Assembly (NCBI RefSeq): GCF_000015945.1
Contig: NC_009033.1
Coordinates: forward strand, 150,001-182,000
Direction of reading: 5' to 3'
From: Staphylothermus marinus F1
GTDB taxonomy: Archaea > Thermoproteota > Thermoprotei_A > Sulfolobales > Desulfurococcaceae
DNA length: 32,000 nucleotides
The notes beneath the pieces are model-generated. The model saw nothing but the letters and a program-made list of their open reading frames with translations. It was not told where the DNA came from and made no database searches. Made by a program: the position numbers and the translations under genes. This document shows positions 24,437 to 32,000 of the stretch, in pieces (the first letter of the stretch is position 1; each line of letters opens with the position of its first letter).

Positions 24437-25942
24437 CTACAGTTGCTCTAGATTTTTGAGTAAATAATACGTTAAAAGTCTAACACCGAAGCCTGTGGCT
24501 GCTGGTTTATAATATGGTTTCTTAGGATAGCCTTTCTCAACCCATGATACTCCAGCAATATCTAAGTGAACCCATTTCTTCTTATCTGATATAAACTTAC
24601 TTAGGAAAGCTGCGGCAGTAATGGCTCCTGCCGGTCTTCCCCCAATATTGTTGGTATCAGCTATATTGCTTTTCAGTTGTTCATAGTATTCTTTCCACAA
24701 AGGCATACGCCATACTCGTTCGCCAATCTTCCACCCTATCTCGTATAGTTTCTTTGCAACATCATCGTCTTCAGTAAATAATCCAGCAGCATAGTTTCCT
24801 AAAGCTATAACTATTGCTCCAGTAAGTGTTGCTAGATCAAATATTTGTTTAGGCGTATAATTCTTGTCTACATATGATAATGCATCAGCTAGAATAAGTC
24901 TGCCTTCAGCATCAGTATTTCCTACTTCAACTGTTAATCCATTATACATTTTAATAATATCTCTGGGTTTATACGCATTGGGCCCTGGCATGTTCTCAAC
25001 AGCTGGTAGGGCAGCTACAATATTTACTGGTAGTTTTAATTCGGCTACTGCCTTCATTATTCCTAGAACAACTGCTCCACCACTCTTATCATACTTCATA
25101 TTATCAATGTATCCTGTAGGCTTCAAATTTAATCCGCCAGCATCGAAAGTAACAGTTTTCCCCACGAAAGCATAATCCCATTCATTACTGTTTCTCCCTC
25201 TATATTCGAGTATTATCAGCCTAGGAGGAACTCCTCCACCACTACCTACAGCTAGAATTCCATTCATCCCCATCTTCTCGAGATCTTCTTTATGGAAAAC
25301 CTTAATTTTTAATCCATACTGTTCAGCAAGCTTCCTAGCCTCCTCTTCAATTTTTGCTGGATTCATTATAGAGCTCGGTGACTCTGCTATTCTTCTAGCA
25401 TAATTTACTGCATCACTTATAATAGCTGATCTTTTTAAAGCTTCCTCTATATCTTCAGTTATGTTATCGACAATTAAGACTACTTCTCTTAGATTGAGCT
25501 TTTTGCTTTCAGTCTTAAAGAGCTTACCTGGGTCAAATAGTGTAATTTCAATTGTTAAGACGGAATTATCTATTAAATCATCTACTTTGAATACATTTTT
25601 CAGGTCTCGAAGATATAATCCTGCACGAACACCTTGTTTTTCAACAATGGAATTAGTAGCTGAAGCAATAGCTTCTCTAAAAGTCTCGAGATCCGGTTCC
25701 TTACCTAATCCAGCCAATACTAATCTCTTAATTCTACCCTTACCATACACTATCGTTACTTCTTTCTCTTCACCCCTAAAGTCTCCACTATCAATAATTA
25801 TATCTATTAGTTCTTGAAAAACATCTCTTATCTCCTTTGGAATCTTAGGCTTACCATTTTCACTAATGACAGGCACAATTAGAGTATCAATATCTATTTT
25901 TTCTAAAGGCTTATCAGATAAGCTATACTTTAATTTAGTCAA
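24437..25942 (-). CDS. pepA: leucyl aminopeptidase, peptidase family M17
   Basis: VGKTVTFDAGGLNLKP, NTDAEGRLILADAL (M17 signature NTDAEGRL), ATLTGA, and the size of 501 aa. The TTG start gives MTKLKYS with no nearby in-frame ATG. Confidence 0.9.
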   Translation of the reverse strand: MTKLKYSLSDKPLEKIDIDTLIVPVISENGKPKIPKEIRDVFQELIDIIIDSGDFRGEEKEVTIVYGKGRIKRLVLAGLGKEPDLETFREAIASATNSIVEKQGVRAGLYLRDLKNVFKVDDLIDNSVLTIEITLFDPGKLFKTESKKLNLREVVLIVDNITEDIEEALKRSAIISDAVNYARRIAESPSSIMNPAKIEEEARKLAEQYGLKIKVFHKEDLEKMGMNGILAVGSGGGVPPRLIILEYRGRNSNEWDYAFVGKTVTFDAGGLNLKPTGYIDNMKYDKSGGAVVLGIMKAVAELKLPVNIVAALPAVENMPGPNAYKPRDIIKMYNGLTVEVGNTDAEGRLILADALSYVDKNYTPKQIFDLATLTGAIVIALGNYAAGLFTEDDDVAKKLYEIGWKIGERVWRMPLWKEYYEQLKSNIADTNNIGGRPAGAITAAAFLSKFISDKKKWVHLDIAGVSWVEKGYPKKPYYKPAATGFGVRLLTYYLLKNLEQL

Positions 25943-26115
25943 TACTCAGCACCAATATAAGATGCTTATCTCATTTATTGTTGAATGTTTCTATGTTATT
26001 AAAATAAATTATGCTTAACAACGGATTGTTAATAAGTAAAGCTTCACTATTCTAATTTAATAAATAAATTTCATAGCAGAGATTATATTATGAAAAATGT
26101 TAAGGAGGATATGAA

Positions 26116-26616
26116 TTGGTGGTAAAAGTGATCTCAAAGCTATGGGGAATATTGACTGGCTTAATAGTTATAGGCATAATTATTTATATAGGTCTACTAT
26201 GGGCTACTGCTCAAAGTATATCTGCCGAGATGAAATCTATAGAAACATTAACGTTTAATCCCACTAAAAATAAGGTGATAGTTTGTTTTCGTGTCCAAGT
26301 CAACAATACGGGATTCCTAGATGTATCAATTGAGAAACTATACTATAAAGTATATATTGATAAAAACTATTTGGGCGAAGGATATAAAGAAAATATTTTG
26401 ATAAAAAGGGGCATTAACAATATTGATTTTTGTTTAGAGATGGATCCAAGCGATGCTTTAAAAATAATATTAATGAGGGCATTAACAACTCATGAGAAAG
26501 TTAACGTTACGGTTCAGGGATATATTGATATTCCTATAAAGAGCTTTGGATACATAAAGCTTTGGACTCTTGAACTACCATATAAGGAAACATATTATGT
26601 AGAAATAAATAGATGA
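26116..26616 (+). CDS. membrane-anchored LEA_2 / WHy (NDR1-HIN1-like) domain protein
   Basis: N-terminal TM (LWGILTGLIVIGIIIYIGLLWA) is followed by a beta-rich domain. Its pattern NPTKNKVIVCFRVQVNNTGFLDVSIEKLYYKVYIDKNYLGEG is typical of LEA_2. The start is ambiguous (TTG 26116, GTG 26119 or GTG 26128). Confidence 0.5.
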   Translation: MVVKVISKLWGILTGLIVIGIIIYIGLLWATAQSISAEMKSIETLTFNPTKNKVIVCFRVQVNNTGFLDVSIEKLYYKVYIDKNYLGEGYKENILIKRGINNIDFCLEMDPSDALKIILMRALTTHEKVNVTVQGYIDIPIKSFGYIKLWTLELPYKETYYVEINR

Positions 26617-26643
26617 AAAAGCTTTTTCTAATTAATTACAAAA

Positions 26644-27936
26644 TCATCTTCTCCTTCTAAAAAGTTTTATAGTAAAGATCTTTTCAGTATTGACTAGCCT
26701 AGAATCGATATACATGATTAAGAATGCATAAATAAAACTTGATATTATAGCTATATATATTGAAACCTGGTCATCTATGAATATGTATGACGGCATTAAT
26801 CCAATATTTACTATTGGAATTAATGCTAGAAGCATTCTGCTCATGTGTGTATAGCTGGAAATATCCAAGAATAACCCGATAAACATTACGAAGAATAAGG
26901 GAAGAATAATATAACTAGAAGCTATTTGTGCACTCCTCACATCTTCCACAAATAATGCTAATAAAACACCTAATCCAAGAACAAATAATACAATAGATAC
27001 TAAACCCAGAATCAATAATACAATATTTTCCGAACCGTAAATACTTGATAATACATTAATAATATTACCTAACTGACTAGTCCCCTGCGAACCTCCCCCA
27101 ATAGATGCTAATGATGAAAAATACCATATCATGAGCCCACCATAAATAAAAGCACCTAATAAACCAGCAATGGTTGAAGCAGTTATTTTTGCAACAATAA
27201 ATGATAATCTATTCATGGGTAATGATAAGAGTGTTTCAAGCATTTTCTCTTCTTTTTCAACTGCTATACTTGTAGCAGATAATTGAGCTACGATCCCTGC
27301 AAGGAACAATACTATTATTGGAATAAAAATATTCATCATAAGCAATGTCCCCATAATATCATTAATATCCGTTGTATGTACGGCTTTCCCTTTAATATAA
27401 ACGTTCGTAACACTTATTATCGGCGACAACGCGTATGCAGGATTTATGTTTTTCTGAGCTAGAATGGTTGATGAAATATTTATAGAGTATTCTCTTATAA
27501 TATTGAAGATTTTACTTGTAGTGCTAATACTTGTTATACTTATAGATTTTATCTTCAAAATAACCCCTAAATACGAGATCCTTCCTTGTGTTATATTCTG
27601 TGAGAAACCAGGAGGTATCACTACTATTCCAATAGGATTGAGGTTATCATATAATCTTAATGCATGCATTATTGAATCACCATATACTATGCTATATCTT
27701 CTCTGTGATAGGAAACTAGTAAAGTTTCTCGCCCAAAAACCCTTGTCTTCATCAACTATAATTACTAAGCCGCCGGGCTTCGCTGCTTCTTTTACGGCTT
27801 GCTGTGTAAAAGAGACAATAATATAGTACATTGTCCCAGTAATTATGAGAGGCACTATAAGCATGGCTATTAATAGTTTAGGATCTCTGATTAGACTCTT
27901 TAGTTCTTTAATAAGAACTAGCTTAAATCCGCTCAT
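26644..27936 (-). CDS. ABC-2 type transporter permease (NatB-like)
   Basis: One N-terminal TM, a ~150 aa extracytoplasmic loop, then five C-terminal TMs, which is the ABC-2/NatB topology. The ATG overlaps the stop of the upstream ATPase gene by 1 nt (TAATG on the minus strand). Confidence 0.7.
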   Translation of the reverse strand: MSGFKLVLIKELKSLIRDPKLLIAMLIVPLIITGTMYYIIVSFTQQAVKEAAKPGGLVIIVDEDKGFWARNFTSFLSQRRYSIVYGDSIMHALRLYDNLNPIGIVVIPPGFSQNITQGRISYLGVILKIKSISITSISTTSKIFNIIREYSINISSTILAQKNINPAYALSPIISVTNVYIKGKAVHTTDINDIMGTLLMMNIFIPIIVLFLAGIVAQLSATSIAVEKEEKMLETLLSLPMNRLSFIVAKITASTIAGLLGAFIYGGLMIWYFSSLASIGGGSQGTSQLGNIINVLSSIYGSENIVLLILGLVSIVLFVLGLGVLLALFVEDVRSAQIASSYIILPLFFVMFIGLFLDISSYTHMSRMLLALIPIVNIGLMPSYIFIDDQVSIYIAIISSFIYAFLIMYIDSRLVNTEKIFTIKLFRRRR

Positions 27937-28682
27937 TACTCTTCACCAATAATTTTCATAAATACTTCTTCGAGATTTAATGCTTCGTATTTTGTTTTTA
28001 GCTCTACAGGTGATCCCTTAGCTATTATTCTGCCTTCATGAATAATTGCTACTCTATCACATAGAAATTCTACTTCTAACATATTATGGCTACTAAGTAG
28101 AACTGTAACACCGTATTCTCTAGAATAGTTCTTAATTATTTTACGGACACGCATGGCATTAATAACATCTAGTCCACTAGTAGGTTCATCTAGTATTGCC
28201 AGTTTAGGCTTAATCATAAGCGTCTTAGCTATTAATAATCTTCGAAGCATTCCTTTACTATAAGTTTTGATTTTATCATGGATTTTATTGCCTAAGCCAC
28301 TAATCTTAACTGCTTCTTTAACCATGTTATCTCTTTCTTCTCTATTCTTAGCAAAGAAACCAGCTATAAATTCAAGAAACTCATAACCCTTCAAATACTT
28401 ATATGCGCCAGCTTCTTCAGGTAAATATGATATTCTTTTTCGGACCTCGCCAGGATTCTTAGAAACACTATAACCATCAACTAATGCATCCCCTCTAGTA
28501 GGGGAGAGAATTGTTGCAATTATTCTAAGCGTTGTTGTCTTACCAGCACCGTTTGGCCCAATTAAACCAAATATTTCACCTGGATATATTTTGAAGCTAA
28601 TACCTTTTAATGCGTGTGTTTTACCAGAATATATTTTCTCAAGATCCTCAACTACAACCAGTGGATCACTATGTCTTGTCAC
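27936..28682 (-). CDS. ABC-2 type transporter ATP-binding protein (NatA/CcmA-like)
   Basis: Walker A GPNGAGKTT, signature-like YSKGMLRRLLIAKTL, Walker B LAILDEPTSGLD, and H-loop SSHNM. Confidence 0.9.
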   Translation of the reverse strand: MTRHSDPLVVVEDLEKIYSGKTHALKGISFKIYPGEIFGLIGPNGAGKTTTLRIIATILSPTRGDALVDGYSVSKNPGEVRKRISYLPEEAGAYKYLKGYEFLEFIAGFFAKNREERDNMVKEAVKISGLGNKIHDKIKTYSKGMLRRLLIAKTLMIKPKLAILDEPTSGLDVINAMRVRKIIKNYSREYGVTVLLSSHNMLEVEFLCDRVAIIHEGRIIAKGSPVELKTKYEALNLEEVFMKIIGEE

Positions 28683-28868
28683 AGTTGTTTACACCTTCAA
28701 TTTATAATATGGGATTACCTATAAAACATTATTCTATAGAAAAATGAAATGAGCAAATCTTGTTTTTAAGTTATCCATTCTATTTAAGTAGCAACAGTTC
28801 ATTAATCTATATGTTGTTAACAATTTTATCTTTCTCTAAAAACATTAGTTATTTAATAGCAGAATTCT

Positions 28869-29498
28869 ATGAGGCGTTATGAGTTGATCGTAGCATTAGT
28901 GCTAGCCGCAGGTCTTAGTAGAAGGTTTCCAGGTAATAAGCTTCTTTTCATGTGGGAAGATAAGCCGATTATTCGGTGGACGGTAGAGAATATTCTAAAT
29001 AGCAAGAATGTGGATAAAACAGTGGTTGTTTTGGGACATGATGAAGAACGAATACGTAATGTTTTAAAGGATCTGGTTGGCGACATAGAGTTCGTCTACA
29101 ATACCAATTATCTTGAGGGAATGAGTTCTAGTGTAAAAGCTGGTATAAGACATGTATATAATAAATATAAAGACAGTATTGAAGCAATAATAATTGCACC
29201 GGGCGATACTGCATGGGCTCCGCCGGAAGTATATGATTTAATCGTGGATGTATTCAGAGAGAAGAAGCCGAAAATAGTTGTTGCAGCATATAATAGTAGG
29301 AGGGGTCACCCAATTCTTTTCAATGCGGATCTAATAAATGAGCTTATGAGTATATCGGAAGAAACAAGAGGATTAAAAGCCATTACTAAAAAATATAAAT
29401 ACGAAACAATAGTAGTGGACACAATTTATCCCGGCGTAATATTGGATCTCGACACATACAATGATCTAAACCGAGTAAAATACGTGTTGAAGAAGTGA
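28869..29498 (+). CDS. MobA/MocA-like nucleotidyltransferase (NTP_transf_3 family)
   Basis: The N-terminal ALVLAAGLSRRFPGNKLL matches the MobA/MocA L-A-G-G-x-S-x-R-(M/F)-G-x-(D/N)-K motif. GMSSSVKAG and APGDTAW also fit that family. Confidence 0.7.
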   Translation: MRRYELIVALVLAAGLSRRFPGNKLLFMWEDKPIIRWTVENILNSKNVDKTVVVLGHDEERIRNVLKDLVGDIEFVYNTNYLEGMSSSVKAGIRHVYNKYKDSIEAIIIAPGDTAWAPPEVYDLIVDVFREKKPKIVVAAYNSRRGHPILFNADLINELMSISEETRGLKAITKKYKYETIVVDTIYPGVILDLDTYNDLNRVKYVLKK

Positions 29499-30643
29499 AA
29501 ATGATGAGTATCGAAAAGAAAATTAAAGAACTATATGAGAAAAACTCTATATCAAAAGATATTATCACTAAAATAACTGGTAAAGCCCACGTTTTAAAGA
29601 AGAAGGGATACGATACTATTAAAATAATGAATTTCTGTGGAACACATGAATGGACTATTACACACTACGGTATAAGATCCCTTATGCCAGATAATATAGA
29701 GCTAATAGCTGGGCCAGGATGCCCTGTATGCATAACTCCCGGCCACTACGTAGATTTACTAATAGATCTATCTATGGAAGGATACACTATACTAAGCTAT
29801 GGAGACTCCTATAAACTACCGGGCACTAGACTAAGAGGTATTAGAAGCTTATTTGATGCAAGAATACATGGGGGAGACACACGTATTGTTTATAGCTTCT
29901 TAGATGCTATTCTAATAGCTCGCAGAAATCCTTCAAGAAAACATGTTTTCTTCGCAGTAGGCTTCGAAACAACCATGCCTTCAACCGCTGTCCCACTATA
30001 TAATAAGGTAGTGCCTGAGAACCTGCTTATATTATCTGCTTATAGATTGACACCTCCCATCATGAAGTATTTGCTTGAGGAGAAGCCGGAAGCAGTTATT
30101 CATGGAGTAATAGCTCCCGGGCATGTATCAGCAGTTATAGGATCTAATAGTTGGAAGTTTCTACCCGAGAAATACAACATACCAACAGTCGTTGCAGGTT
30201 TTGAACCTATAGACGTATTGCTTGCAATATACTATATACTAGATATGATGGATAAAAACGAGCCTAAACTAATAAATGAATACACAAGAGTCGTGAAGCC
30301 TGAAGGTAACGTCTTTGCTAAGAAAGTGATGAGCAAAGTATATGAGGTAAGAGATGCTTATTGGAGAGGTATTGGTGTTGTTCCTAAAAGCGGCGGATAT
30401 CATTCAAGAGACTATTTAAAACATGATCTATACTATAATCTGGGAATAGAAGACAAACCAATAAAAGATATATTACCGGGTTGTAAATGTCCAGAGGTAA
30501 CGCTTGGTATATCGAAACCCACAGATTGCCCATTGTTCATGAAAACATGTACACCAAGTAATCCATATGGGCCATGCATGGTTAGTAGTGAGGGAACTTG
30601 TAGAATATGGGCAGAAAATCTGCCTTTAAAAATAAAGACCTAG
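29495..30643 (+). CDS. hypD: [NiFe]-hydrogenase maturation protein HypD
   Basis: FCGTHEW, GPGCPVC, GFETT, PGHVS and the C-terminal Cys cluster (PGCKCPEV ... CPLF ... CTPSNPYGPCMVSSEGTC) are the HypD motifs. The GTG at 29495 overlaps the upstream stop (GTGA); alternative ATGs are at 29501 and 29504. Confidence 0.9.
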   Translation: MKMMSIEKKIKELYEKNSISKDIITKITGKAHVLKKKGYDTIKIMNFCGTHEWTITHYGIRSLMPDNIELIAGPGCPVCITPGHYVDLLIDLSMEGYTILSYGDSYKLPGTRLRGIRSLFDARIHGGDTRIVYSFLDAILIARRNPSRKHVFFAVGFETTMPSTAVPLYNKVVPENLLILSAYRLTPPIMKYLLEEKPEAVIHGVIAPGHVSAVIGSNSWKFLPEKYNIPTVVAGFEPIDVLLAIYYILDMMDKNEPKLINEYTRVVKPEGNVFAKKVMSKVYEVRDAYWRGIGVVPKSGGYHSRDYLKHDLYYNLGIEDKPIKDILPGCKCPEVTLGISKPTDCPLFMKTCTPSNPYGPCMVSSEGTCRIWAENLPLKIKT

Positions 30644-30646
30644 TTC

Positions 30647-31477
30647 TTATACGAGAAGTATGGGTATAGGTGACAATCCAATTAATAATCTTTCATATCT
30701 TGAAAGCCCTCCCATTAGAAAAGGTATCTTTGCAATTCTTCTCCAACCACGCATTGTAATCAATAAATACAAATCTTGAGCTTCCTTTAATGCTTTCTCA
30801 ACAAAGATATCTAAATTATCGGATCTAATAAGTGTTAAGTCAACTTTTAAACCCATATTTGAAAGTCTCCGAAGTATTTCTTGATCCACTATGCGATCCT
30901 TAGTGTGTGGCAGAATTATTCTTAGTCTATGTTTAAAACCATGTTTTTTAATTATATAGTAAGCATACCCTAGCGCTTTATTGATCAGTGCAGGATCCCT
31001 ACATAAAACACCAATACCATTCTTGTTTTTCTCTAATTTATCTCTATTAACATAGGAGTATGGAGTAATAATAAGGATGGGGATCTCTAAGGAACCTATA
31101 ATTTTTGTTGCTGTAGATCCTATTAGTTTTGGGGGCGGGGTAGGAGTAGCCGATGATGTAATTATTACTAAATCTATTTTATATTGTTTAACGTATTTCC
31201 TGATTTCCTTGACGGGGTTACCTTTCAATATTGCTTTTTTAATAGCTGTACAATCATGTTTATTCAAAACTATCTCTATGTCTTGAAAAGCATCTTCAGC
31301 GATCTTTCTAAACGATCCCACGTAGAGACGAGTGTATAGTGATCTCCTCTTCATGCTTGGAATAACTGATACAAGATGATATACCGCATCGGGAAATAAT
31401 GTTATACCGTATTCGGTAGCAAAGGATATTATTTCATTCTTAATGGCTGGTATAAGAATTTTTTTTATATTTAACAT
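30647..31477 (-). CDS. universal stress protein (UspA) family, probably tandem-domain
   Basis: KKILIPA..., then GNPVKEIRKYVKQYKIDLVIITSSA....KLIGSTATKIIGSLEIPILIITP matches the Usp C-terminal ATP-binding pattern (G-x-P ... DL-I-V-x-G-S ... G-S-V-x-x-x-V ... P-V-L-V-V). The second half is more degenerate. Confidence 0.55.
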   Translation of the reverse strand: MLNIKKILIPAIKNEIISFATEYGITLFPDAVYHLVSVIPSMKRRSLYTRLYVGSFRKIAEDAFQDIEIVLNKHDCTAIKKAILKGNPVKEIRKYVKQYKIDLVIITSSATPTPPPKLIGSTATKIIGSLEIPILIITPYSYVNRDKLEKNKNGIGVLCRDPALINKALGYAYYIIKKHGFKHRLRIILPHTKDRIVDQEILRRLSNMGLKVDLTLIRSDNLDIFVEKALKEAQDLYLLITMRGWRRIAKIPFLMGGLSRYERLLIGLSPIPILLV

Positions 31478-31497
31478 AAATGTTCCCTCTGATCATT

Positions 31498-32000
31498 TTA
31501 TCCATAACGGAGTATTAAATATATTGATGAAACAATAATAGATAAGATCATAACGGTCATTCCATATTTAAGGAATCCACTAAATGATACCGGATACCCG
31601 TGCCTTTCCGAAATACCTGCTACTACAACATTAGCGCTTGCACCAATCAATGTACCGTTTCCACCTAAACAGCTTCCCAAGCTTAACGCCCAATACAATG
31701 GTGTTGCATTATAGTTTAAATGAACCAATATCTCGTCAAGGACTGGTAGCATGGTCATAACAAACGGGATATTATCTATAAAAGCCGATGTTATTGCTGA
31801 AATCCAGAGGATCATAAGCATTAAGACGATATAGCTTCCCGAAAATGAAAGTATACCGGTAGCTATTTCATGCATTAATCCAAGTTTTTCTATACCTTTT
31901 ATAGTCATGAACATTGCAGCAAAAAACACCAGTGTAGTCCAATCAACTCTGTGAAGCACTTCTTCAATATTAATTCTTCTGCCGACGAGTATGAAGAGTA
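31498..32000 (-). CDS. ArsB/NhaD (IT superfamily) permease, C-terminal part; 5' end outside window
   Basis: The frame stays open to the window edge (...LFILVGRRINIEEVLHRVDWTTLVFFAAMF...). GGNGTLIGASANVVVAG is the conserved motif of the ArsB/NhaD/YbiR-type anion permease family. The GTG at 31959 used by the ORF track is internal. Confidence 0.7.
   Translation of the reverse strand, partial: LFILVGRRINIEEVLHRVDWTTLVFFAAMFMTIKGIEKLGLMHEIATGILSFSGSYIVLMLMILWISAITSAFIDNIPFVMTMLPVLDEILVHLNYNATPLYWALSLGSCLGGNGTLIGASANVVVAGISERHGYPVSFSGFLKYGMTVMILSIIVSSIYLILRYG

Noticed and set aside
24864-25817. Plus-strand ORFs 24864..25175 and 25461..25817 inside pepA, and similar antisense ORFs inside cstA, the permeases, NfeD, the ABC-2 permease and the USP gene
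   Set aside because: Each is fully nested antisense to a gene with strong family motifs. Their low-complexity Ser/Ile/Leu-rich translations are typical of shadow ORFs in AT-rich DNA.
28683-28868. AUGAAAUGA-like strings (28744 region and 22316-22328) examined as C boxes
   Set aside because: They do not match RUGAUGA, and no CUGA D box occurs at the right distance on either strand.

Overview
AT-rich archaeal chromosomal window. It looks crenarchaeal: it has ribosomal protein L13e, Holliday junction resolvase Hjc, C/D box sRNAs, Thr-rich stalk plus C-terminal anchor surface proteins, and many TTG/GTG starts. From memory it resembles Desulfurococcales (Staphylothermus-like), which I cannot verify here. 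About 30 protein genes are packed tightly on both strands with frequent 1-10 nt overlaps. Order of content: a 5'-truncated PIN/PilT/KH ATPase; cstA; a three-gene ArsA/Get3-like operon; hjc; a 7 kb island of three secreted, Thr-stalked, C-terminally anchored proteins (metallophosphoesterase, a large protein with an internal tandem duplication, and an ABC solute-binding protein with its fused permease and ATPase); an HD hydrolase; a stomatin-NfeD pair; a Vps29/MJ0936-like phosphoesterase coupled to a 2-TM protein; a kinase-fold protein; DUF211; rpl13e; two small DNA-binding proteins; a DUF47/PhoU-like protein; M17 leucyl aminopeptidase; a LEA_2-like protein; an ABC-2 exporter; a MobA-like protein coupled to HypD; a USP protein; and a truncated ArsB/NhaD-type permease. 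There is no CRISPR array, rRNA, tRNA or obvious mobile element. The points most worth a second look are listed here. (1) cstA is split by an A9 run: its real N-terminal TM helix is in another frame and a -1 shift is needed. (2) Two tandem C/D box sRNAs on the minus strand at 20.70-20.87 kb are not explained by any ORF. (3) A GC-rich structured island with mutually exclusive helices lies just after rpl13e. (4) The 936 aa surface protein contains a ~90% identical 831 bp-period tandem duplication. (5) The surface proteins share a C-terminal architecture. (6) An uncharacterised ArsA/Get3-like trio. (7) An orphan hypD translationally coupled to a MobA-like nucleotidyltransferase. I found no convincing defence or other clearly novel multi-gene system; the candidates above are hypotheses with stated tests.
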